From the NCBI GenBank assembly GCA_964276515.1, contig OZ193909.1:11594001-11658000 (forward strand): a DNA stretch of 64,000 bases. The letters run 5' to 3'. Under the pieces are notes generated by a model. It was not told the origin of the DNA. It saw only the letters and a program-made list of their open reading frames with translations, and ran no database searches. The translations under genes were made by a program, and so were the position numbers. The stretch comes from Gordius albopunctatus. Taxonomy: Eukaryota. Below are positions 25,301 through 37,300 of the stretch, piece by piece. The number at the start of each line of letters is the position of its first letter. Position 1 is the first letter of the stretch.

Positions 25301-28300
25301 AACTTTATTTATACATATGGCATTTTCATGGCAACGTCTTGGTAACGTATGGCACTCATTTATATCAACACAGCTGTATGGGAGGCCCAATGAACCCGTT
25401 TGCGATTCATTGCTAAGGCTATAACCTTCTTTGCATTCACATGTATATCCTCCATCTAGGTGTTATATATATGATATATAAAAATGTTGCTAATTGCAAT
25501 TGACTATATATTTAGGTTATTTTAAGAAGTGTTTAATTTTTACAAATTTAAAATATCATTTCAAAAGTACCAGTATCGATGCAAGTAGATGTTTTAGGAT
25601 CGCACACGCTACCATTCGTAGTAGCACATTCGTTAATATTTAAGCAGACCCTTGCCGCGAGTTCAATAGTATCATTAGATTTCTTTTCAATCGCATGTGA
25701 TGAATTTCGTTCAGAGTAGGCATAGCCCGGTAGACATTGGCAACTGAATGATCCCAGAGTATTAACGCATATGGAATTGAAACCACAAGGGGGTAGAACG
25801 TTTAAACATTCATTTATATCACGACACTCAGCTCCGTCACCTTCATACCCTTCTTGGCATTGGCATCGGTAAGATCCGGGAGTGTTTATACAACGAGCAT
25901 TAGTGTGACACAGGTTTTTGTAATTTATGGACGACCATGATGACGATGATTTTAAAATAGATGTTATATTGTCTGAAGCTTTTAATTGTTTATCGTCTAA
26001 TTCGCATTCATTGATATCCTCACACACAAAATTCAAAAATTCATCATCTCCTTGTGCTCTAAGCACAGAATTTTGTGCGAGGTCTGATGCCTTTTCATCT
26101 TTTTGTTTTATTAAACCGGTCTTAGTTAAACCTTAAAATGTATAATAATTAAAAATAATATATTACTTTTTTTGAAAGATAAATCTTTTGTGTCCGAAAT
26201 ACTAATCTGAATCCGACTAGCCTTATATCCATTTTTACAGACACATTTATAACCTCCTTCGTGATTAGCGCAAGTGCTTACATTAAGGTCGCAAGTAGCA
26301 TTGCCATTTCGACATTCGTCAATATCTACACATTCATAATCCCATTTGGTAATATTCTTTTTACTACTAATGTTCTGATAACCATCATTGCAGACACAAG
26401 CATACGATCCATCTGTGTTGATGCAATGTGATTGAGATATATTAAGGCACGGCATGTTGTCACATTCATTAATATCTTGGCATATACCATTATTTTTTTC
26501 ATAACCTGATACGCATTCACATCTATAACTGCCCTGTGTATTTATACATATGCTTTTTTTAGCTTCATTGGGTCGAGTTGAATTTATACAAGGGTCCGGT
26601 TTGTTCGCACATTCGTCTATATCCAAGCATTTAGATACATTATGATCATCAAGTTCTTCTCTGTATCCATCTAAGCACACGCATTTGTAAGAACTTTTGG
26701 TGTTAATGCATTTGTGCTTAAGACTTGGACAAGGAGCTCCATTCCCTGCAACAGAGTTATTACTTTTTTTAGGCTCGAATTTATAACCTCTTACACATTC
26801 ATCAATATCGTAACATATGCCATTTTTTTCGAAGAACCCTTCTGCACATGCACATTTATAACTTCCATAAGTGTTCACACAAATCCTATGCCGACCATAA
26901 CAGGTACTCGTATTACCGTTACCTATAGTTTTACATTCGTTTACATCTTCGCACGAACCTTTATGTACTGAAATATTAGCGGAGGGTGTTTTGACAGCTT
27001 TAAATAACGTCCCCCTAGGACAAATACATTTGTAGCCACCGATCGTGTTTTGGCACGTTGAGTTAATGACTCTCAAAGAACAATCATTAACATAGATATT
27101 TGTTAAAGGATCATTCGTACTTACAGGATTATTGCATTCGTTTATATCTTCGCAAACTGAATTTAAACTTTTGTTATGATTTAGGAAACCTGGTAGGCAT
27201 TTACATTCGTACGACCCTCGAAGGTTATGGCAAAAGGTGTGGGGATACTTAACACATAAATGCGAACTTAGGTTGCATTCGTCAACATCTTCACACAATA
27301 TAATACCGGCCGTAGCATTTGTAAGTGCACTTTGACTGTTTTTGCTTGTAAGTTGTTTAAAGTTTGGTGGACATTCACATTTATAACTACCAAGAGTGTT
27401 TATACATAAGGAATTTTCTGCAATAGATTCACTTGAATTAGAAGGAATACTGGTATTGAAAGAAGGTGCGCATGGATTATTTAATGCACACTCATTAATA
27501 TCCTCGCAAGTTTTAGTTATTGGGTTAATTTGATAACCCGCAATACAAACGCAATCGAAACCGCCATCTTTGTTAATGCATTGGGAATTGGGAATGTTTG
27601 AGCACACTTGACTTGGTTTTGGTATGGATGAATTAAGGGGAAAAAAATCCGCACATTCATTTACATCTTGGCAGCTCAATAAATTAGGATCTAAATAATA
27701 TCCTGTTGAACAATGACATTCAAATGAGCCTGGTGTATTTAAACAATTAGAGCCCCGAATGAAAAATGCGCAAAGATGCTTCTCCACTCGTTTTTTTCCG
27801 TGGATAATAAAATTTAGACGAGCCAGAGTGGTTAAGTTATTACTAAAGGATTTCTGAGAGGCAGTTAAATCCATGATATCAGACAATTTTCTTTTCAAAA
27901 TCCCTTCCAACATAGTCTTGTTTTTGGCTATTTCGGTCGGAAAGGTGGCTTGCAACAAATTTTCTTGAAAGCCCGTCTCTTGAAAATTGAGTTGGCATTC
28001 ATCGATATCGCGACATTCGGCTTTAGTAAGGCGTCCAATCGATCTAACTTCAACAAAGCCGCCCATGCAAGGACACTCGTAGCTTCCTGCAACATTTTTG
28101 CACCGACTGTATTGTTTATGATCTAGGTCACGGCATATGTCTGGGGAAAATGTAGATTCATTGGCATGCTTTGATTTCTTAAGCGCTTGTTTTTCGTAAT
28201 TACTGCATTCGTTAACGTCGACACACGTAATGCCTTGCCCATTTCTTTTGTAATCTGCTATATTTCCCCAAGAAACACTTTCTAATGTTTTAGCGAGCGA

Positions 28301-31300
28301 TGAGTTTAATGAAAAGCCCGGGAGACAGTTACATTCAAAGCCTCCAATTTTGTTGACGCAGCGGCTGTTATTAATATCTCGACAAGCTTGGTATTCTGTA
28401 CATTCATCCACATCGACACAAACTTCGACCACGACATTGTCGTAACGCAATATATTTGTGGCTGCCTTAAATCCAGGACCGCATACACATTTATATGAAC
28501 CAGGTACATTTTTGCAGAGCAGATTTTCGTTAGGAGGACATAATGATTCGGACGCATCGAGAGATCTTATAGCTTGACCACGGCTTATATTGTATGACGG
28601 TTTAGTTCCGTAAAGGCATTCATCAATATCCAAACATTTAGAGGATGTAGTGTTTAGGGTAGTTCTCGGTTTGTAATAACCTGGACGGCATCGGCATTCA
28701 AAACTGCCGATTGTGTTAAGGCATTCCGAATTTAAATCCCATTCACATGGATTAAATGAATCGTTACCAACTGTTGGCAAACATTCGTTAACATCTGCAC
28801 AGATGACAGCGGATGGAGTAGATAGGGGTTGAGGGGGAATAAGTGGTTGGAATCCTTCATGGCAGTTACACTCGTACGAACCTTCGATGTTTCTACAGAT
28901 AGAATTGAGGGGGCAAGAATCTTTTCCAGTTTCACATTCATCAACGTCTATTTTAAATTGACTTAAAGTTATAATCAGGGATTGAAAGTGGGAGAAACTC
29001 AATAAAATCATTTTTTTGATGGCCCAAGACTTAATCTTATATAAATTTTCTCAATTTTAAAAATTGAAAACAAACTTGATTTGCACAATATTTGTCTAAT
29101 TTCTAACTTTTTTAGCTGAGCCAAATTAGTTTTATTAACATAAGGTTTGAGTGAGTCAAGGTCGAGGCAGGGATTATACCACCATTACTCCTTTACCATC
29201 CTTGAAAATATCCACCCATTGAACATTAACATTCATAATTAAATACCTAAGCATTTTTCGCCTCTTTTATCGTATCCTTGAGTACAAACACAATCGTAGC
29301 CTCCTAAAGAATCCACGCAATCCGAGTTTTGTGGACATATTGATGGATTTTGGCATTCGTCAATATCTGTAAATTATTAATAATTTTACCTAACATGATA
29401 GCATTCTATTTTTTACAAATTAAGCCACCATTTGTGCAAAATATATATTTAAACCTCTTTATAAATTTTTAACAACTTAGCTAGAGCTGTCTCACATAGT
29501 ATTATTCTCACTTTGTTGCACATTACTCCAAAATAGTGTGAAACCGCTTTAAATTTTGTTTAGAAACTAAATAAAATTGACGCGCCACAAGTTTATATTA
29601 TGAAATTCAAATGTTTAAATTTGAGTGCATCATATGATAGATTACTAAATAACAGATATAGACTAATTAACCATATAATTGTAAACAGCTGATAATTAAA
29701 AAGTAAGGATTTAGGCTGCCATCTAGGTGCACAAAAGGCTCCCAAGCTGCCCAAATGTGATCATTTGAACAAATTATTAATGGGCTGACAATGGCAATGC
29801 CAATTAGGCAATACGCATGTCTTATGTAACACATGAAAGTCTCATATAACATTTGTTTAATCAGATTGAGCCTTCAAAGTTTTTAAAGGAAGATGTCTTA
29901 TATGTGAATATATGAAAGAGAAATCCTTTTATCATTCGATATTTTATTTTAATATCACTATATACAAATTTATATCGGGTTTATATTATAAGTTTTGCTA
30001 TAATTACATTTTTTATTGGGAATAAAAACCGAGCTGGAAAAATCAAGTTACTTTTTAATCTTCTATTGTTTGTGTTTTTGTACTCAGGATATAAATTACT
30101 ATGACACTGGGAACCGAATCCTGATATGTAAATTTCGATCTAATATCCCTGATCAACAAATAATTGGCAAACTGCCAGATGGAGTTTTTTACGGTGAACA
30201 CAAATATATATTTAGTTTTTCCCTTATAGGTCAAATTTCTGAAATTTTGTAGTCAAAGTTGCCAAAAACAGCGATTTTGGCTTTTTTTAAAAGTAAATAA
30301 TTTGCATATTTATCAAAATTTTAATTCAATAAATTTGATTTATTAATAAAGGTGAGGGGAATCCATTTAAAAAATTTTTACCCTAGCTCTATTCCAATTT
30401 TTAATTATCTGATGTTTATTAAATTAACAACGATTTAATAGATTCCTCTCCCCTTTATTTATTAATCAAATTTATTAAATATTTTACCGATCAATTAGCT
30501 AATTATTGACATTTTAGAACGCCAAAATCGATGTTTTTAGCAACTAGGACAGAAAATATTATAAAATCTTGACGTATAGAAAAAAAATTAAAAATTTATT
30601 CATGTTTACCGCGAAAACCTATACAAAAATTTGCAAATTATGCTACCTGCAATTATTGTAAAAGTTTTTTTATTGGTTAAAAAACACTAGAGATATTGAT
30701 ATTTTATCTTTATGTTCGCCTTAAATATTTTTACATCAGATCTCTGTATTATGATGAAAGAATTTTTTAAACTGGATTAATATATTTATGCGATTTTTAG
30801 TAAATAAAGAAACTTGATAATTATTTGAAGCGAATTCAAATATTTGGAAAAAATTTTTAAATCGAATACAAATCCTTATTTTAATATTGGATGTATTTTG
30901 AATGGAGTATTTAAAAAAAATCCGAATTAGAAATACCGAGGTGTATTAATTATTCTTATGTATTAGAATTATTGCACTTTTAAATATAAAAATTAATGTG
31001 CCTGCCGGCGAGAACACCGGTGAGGCTCCCAAAAAACGCGCTTATCGTGCGGTCGCCCAACTCATGTCCATCCCCTGGTTTTATATGATTTATCAATCAA
31101 AATATTGTTCTATTTATTAAATTGTTCAATTGTCATATATTAAAGACTTTAACAAAAGAAAACACGTATAAATATTGAAAACTACATTCGTATTAAATTA
31201 AGGTTAAAAAATCGACATTCTAGATGATAAACTAGATCTAAATAATCGCGAAAAGTGAAAGTGTTATTAGCGCCATCTATATTACATTTTCGGCAGTCTT

Positions 31301-34300
31301 GAAAGCAAATCGTTTTTTATATAATTATTAATTTCTTGTAAAATTGTATTTTATTTTCTTCGGTTTTATTATTAATTCTTGTATAGTTTTTACAGCTTTT
31401 AATAGCGCATTCGCCAAATAAATTAAAACGCACACATTAATTGGGGGCTTAGGTTACTTTTTAAATTTCTATGCTAAGATCAGCTGCTTACCGGTCTATG
31501 GCATTATAAGTCTAAGTAGCTTTGAATCTAAGAATATTAAATAGGTTTATTCATTTTTAAAATAATAGTATATTAACGTTTTGTAGAAAAATTACAATGA
31601 GAGCTAATTAAAGAGTCGTTGTGACAAATTTATTTATTATGTATGTACATACCTAAAAGAATGACAATACTGTATTTAGGAAATTTATAAAGATCTACAC
31701 TGCCCAACCTATTAATAAGCTCTGCTAATGTCCTATTTAAAATATATAAAATAAAAATATTTCGCCTATTTTATGCTAACAAAAACCACTCACAACCATT
31801 CAAATTACAGAAAAAACTGACTTTTCGATGTAAAAAATTATATTTAATTTTGGAAAATAAAAAACATTTTTTTTATTTGAGGAACCCCATATGCAAGCTT
31901 TATATCTTAAATTTATACATAAATTCAGCATTACGAAATTTTATCCTTAAAGAAAGTCACTAAAACTCATTAAATTTATGAGCAAAAATAAAATATGAAA
32001 AATTTTAAAGTTTTTTCTTTTACCCATATCCTTAACTCGTTATGTAACCTCTTTAATAAGCAAAGTTTAGACTAAAATTTTACTTTGACATTCAGCTCCT
32101 ATGAGATTAAACCCTTTCGAACATCCACAGACATATCCACCTATGGCATTAATGCAATCTTTATGGGGTCCACATAGCAGACTTCCGTTAACAGCGCATT
32201 CATCGATGTCTATTAAATAGTCAAACCAATATATAGAACTATCCAGGATTTAAATTTTGGGGAATTAAGACCACTTTTAAATTTAGTGTAAATAATTCAA
32301 TCGCGATATATGAATGTTTTCCTGATATTTATAGTAATGTATAATCAACTTATATACCTTCTTAGAATTAAATAAAAAGATTTAATTAACAGTTTTGTAA
32401 TTATAGTAAAATTGGCCTAAAACAATACCATTTTTTAAAAAGAGCAATCGCTAACTATTTAATATCAAAAAACAACCTTAATTCTATTTTTTATAAATAA
32501 AAGGAATTAGATAATTGGAAGAACGACATCCCCCTTTATTAATAATTATTAGTTTTAATGATATTATTGCTTAATTCAACAAATTCACCTGAACAAACTA
32601 ATCCATTTCCCGTAAAGCCGTCTTTGCATCTGCAGACAGGTTTAGTATCTAAAGCAGTAATACTTTGTTCTAGTCTTACACATTCTGCATTAGCATCACA
32701 AAAATCTTCGCAAATTGGTTCTTCAGGGACATCAGTCAAAATTAATTCGGTTTTAGGTGTGCCAATATCTAATAAAATAATCATCATATAAAAAATTAGG
32801 GAAAACATATTTTTTAATCAAGATATTATGTACATCGCTAAAAAAAATCTAATCAATAAAATTAGTGGTGGGAAAACGCTTAGCACTAGCGCGCTTAGCA
32901 CCTCCCCGCTGATGGGAATAGCCTATTAAATACGCTATGTCTACTAGCACATAGTCACTTTAAGTGCTATAAGCTATAGGAGATGGGAGGTTTGAGGTGC
33001 TAGAGCTATAGGAGATGGGAGGTTTGAGGTGCTATGAGCTATAGGAGATGGGAGGTATGAGGTGCTATGTGCTATAGGAGATGGGAGGTTTGAGGTGCTA
33101 TGTGCTATAGGAGATGGGAGTTTGAGGTGCTATGTGCTATAGGAGATGGGAGGTTTGAGGTGCTATGTGCTATAGGAGATGGGAGTTTGAGGTGCTATGT
33201 GCTATAGGAGATGGGAGTTTGAGGTGCTATGTGCTATAGGAGATGGGAGTTTGAGGTGCTATCGGCTATAGCACATAGCACCTCAAACTCCCATCTCCTA
33301 TAGCACATAGCACCTCAAACTCCCATCTCCTATAGCACATAGCACCTCAAACTCCCATCTCCTATAGCACATAGGACCTCAAACCTCCCATCTCCTATAG
33401 CACATAGCACCTCAAACTCCCATCTCCTATAGCACATAGCACCTCAAACCTCCCATCTCCTATAGCACATAGCACCTCATACCTCCCATCTCCTATAGCA
33501 CATAGCACCTCAAACTCCCATCTCCTATAGCTTATAGCACCTCAAACCTCCCATCTCCTATAGCTTATAGCACCTCAAACCTCCCATCTCCTATAGCTTA
33601 TAGCACTTAAAGTGACTATGTGCTATAGCTTTAGCTCCTTAAAAACGCTATTTCCCCATCACTAAATAAAATACCAACTCTGTGATAAATGATAATTAAT
33701 AAATATAATATAAAACGCAATGGACATATTATAATTTCCGAGCATTAAAACAAAACCATAAATTATTATAAATTGCAAGTGACATTTCTAAATTTGAATA
33801 GTTGTAGCTTTTACGTTAAATCCAAAATTTAAACTTGAAAATGTAAAAAATATTCATAAAAATGAGCAATGTCGGTTATTTCTGACGAGAATACATTCTA
33901 TCTACAAGAAAAATGTTGAGGCATTGTTTTTAAATTATTATTCCAATCCATTAAAATTAATTATTTTAATAAAGTTATTTAAAAAAATTTACCCTAAGGG
34001 AAACAAATTGCGTATAAAAAAAGTTACTAAAAATATTTGATTAAATAAACGCTTTTAATTTTCAAATTTTAGAATAGTGAAAGAATCTGGACAAACATGC
34101 TATATTGTCCTTGTAATATTTTAAAATTATTGCTATACATCAAAAATATTGTTTATTTGTCGTTAAAAATATTCTATTTTTTGTTGTTACCAAGTGGTAA
34201 AGTTGGATTCATAAAATGGGTAGGGGAAATAAAATTCGATAATTCTGGCATAATCAAGGGAGACCGGGGCTAGTAGTAGCCCGGGTTACTATTATCTTTC

Positions 34301-37300
34301 TAATTATTTTTTAAAATAATAATGATATTAAATCAAAATTTAAACCATATGTGTATTTTCCATAAGGTATAAGTAAAAAAAATTTTTAAGAAAAAATAAA
34401 ATTTAAAATTTTCAAAAAACAATTTTTCGGGGCTATTAGTAGCCTTCACAAAATATTTTATTTTGCACATTAATTTAACTTTTATCTTAAAAGGGGAGAT
34501 TTTCTATATAAAAACCGTATAATGATTGAATTTTTATATGCAATATAACATCTTAAATTATTAATTGTTAATGAAAATAAGGGTCGAGGCTAGTCGGAGA
34601 GGGGTTATTGTTAGCCATTTTTCATTGTGTCTTACAAATGACAAGATTTAAAAAACAAAAATTTTTGTTTATAATCCAACTTGGTGTAATTTGGAATACA
34701 AATAGACTATGATTATTGTAGTGTAGCGTCATTCAAGGTTGCATTTTGAATACACGCGTTTTTCCTATACTTGAGCGCGGTCACAGACATTTGATTATAC
34801 ACGTAGCCATTTGAATACACCTTAGTTTACACCGTACTTACTACTTAGTATCTCTTATTTGATTTCTACTTTTATATATGTCCTTCTCTATGTGTATATA
34901 AATCCCTAATAAAAGAGTCTCTGCTCTTGATTTAGTCTCTTGGTTTAGAATCTGAGTTTAGCGTTATATCCCCCGGCCACTTCATTACAATTATACTTTA
35001 AAAAACAACTAAAAGTTTTTTCCAATTCCAGAATCTGTCTTTTAAGTGTACTTAATTCAGATTGTCATCTTGACCTTATTTTTATTTGTATTTTTGAAAT
35101 TTTTTCAATTTTTGTTTTTTTTAAACTTAATTTGTGAGAAAATTATTACTTATTTCCCTCCAAATTTTTGTCCTATAGTAAAAATTAACCTTAAAAATAT
35201 ATTCCAACAAAAAAAATCGAAAAATAATTTTTAGTTTTTGTTAAAACGAGATTTAATTTTTTATGGCTAAAGTAGCCCCGGTCTCCCCTACATAGGATTG
35301 ACAATAAAAATTATACTATGCTCTTATTATTTACGTTTCTTACGATAACCATAACATTATCCTATCAAAGCCAGAATAATAAAAATGATACAATGTTTCA
35401 AAAACACAAATAAGTTGGAAATTTTTAACTACTTAATTTACCATTACTACAATCAAATCCATCGCCTAGTCCTGCAAGGCACGTGCAGTTATAGCCCCCA
35501 GGGGTGTTGCTGCAGCTAGCATCGCGGTGACATTTATTTAAGGTTGGATTCGAACACTCATCAATATCTTAAAAAAGTGTTTTAGTTTAAGTAACACTGC
35601 AGAATAATACAATAAAATTAAAATAAAGATATTGATTTATTTAAAAAAAAATTATATTGAGTATTTCATAATAATGTCAAATATAACTCTGCAAGATATG
35701 AAAATATAATAAAAACAAGATATAGTCTATTTTCAATTTATACGGTATTAGTTAATAAATAAATAATTTTTGGAAAAAATAAATTGTATCATCTTGTACC
35801 GACGCAAATAGTGCCATTTCCTTTGTAGCCATCCTTGCACATACAAGCAAACTTTTGAGGGATATTTAAGCAGCGAGCATCCGCGTGACAATTATGAAGT
35901 CCTTCGTCGCATTCATCTATGTCTGTATAAAGATATAATCTTATTAAAGCTACGTTATTTTAAGAGAATATATGGAAAATAAAATTATGTTTGGCTGCAA
36001 ATCTAATATCATTAGGTGAGCATGGTTTATAAAAATGGATGGCTCCTCCCATGCTTGTGTGATGATGCCATTAAAGATCTATTCTCGTTATTAATTATGA
36101 ATTCATTGCCATATTAAGGTCACAATCATACATATAATTATCATAAAAATATTTTTGCCACGACTTAAATAAATGATTTGACCACGCTCAGGGACCTATT
36201 AGTTTTCAAGAGATCAGTCAAAATTCAGCTCAGAAAAATCTGTTTTAAAAATGGCCGAATATATATGACCATGCTCGGACCTTAAAAATCAATTTCACAC
36301 GCAGTAAAATTTAATGATCTTACTGAAGAATATGACTGTTTAAAGAGATTCGTTTGTTTAACTAATGTCCCATCTAAAGTTTTTTCCAGATTAAATCACA
36401 AAACCCCACCCATATCCCTTTTAAAGTAGTCAAATTTTAACATACGTATGGGTTTAAATTTTACATTATAATTCTTCTAATATTTGTAATCCGCCTGCCA
36501 TAAAAATTATTTGGTAATATTGTTACTAAAGCGAAGTTTTATAATCATTTTTACCTATACAAACTTTATCTTTTCGCCTAGTTCCAGCTGGACAATCACC
36601 GCATTTGTAAGTGCCTTGCAAGTTAAAGCACACTTCGTCCTCGTTACACGTGTGAGTACCCAGTTGGCATTCATTGATATCTTCGTATAAGATTAATTAT
36701 AATAATAATAATTTATGAAAGTTTACTATTTTTTAATTTCTCAATTCTCGAGAAATTAGCGGTATCGCAAGAATGCTTACCCATTAACCGTTCACGTTTG
36801 CATAGTATATATAATACCAATTCTATCTTATTAATTGTTAAGGAAACTTTTATAAATCATACGGACGGACAAAACAGTGATTACATTTATGCATTTATGC
36901 CAATAATTACAGAATAGTAATTGATTGTCATTTTTTTTATTAACGCTCCCCTAAATATTATTTATGCTCACTTGTTTACCAAATTATGTGTATACGTATT
37001 CAAAGTTGATCGAATATTTTTTTATATTTATTTAATATGCTATACAAAATAATTTCATTTATTAATAATTATTTTGGCAATAGTTTTATACCATCACAAG
37101 TGAAGCCATTGCCTGAAAAGCCAGGAATGCAATCGCATTTGAAACTTCCTAATGTATTTGTGCATAGGGCATAATTTCCGCATGGGTTCACGATACATTC
37201 GTTGTCATCTGTTTTTATTAAATTGTAATTAATTAACTATTTAGATGATGCCTTATTGTCATAAATTAATAATCATATTTATAAAGAAATCATGGCCTAG

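Noticed and set aside
32970..33600. CRISPR-like array
   Set aside because: Units are contiguous without unique spacers, the context is a eukaryotic intron, and there are no cas genes.
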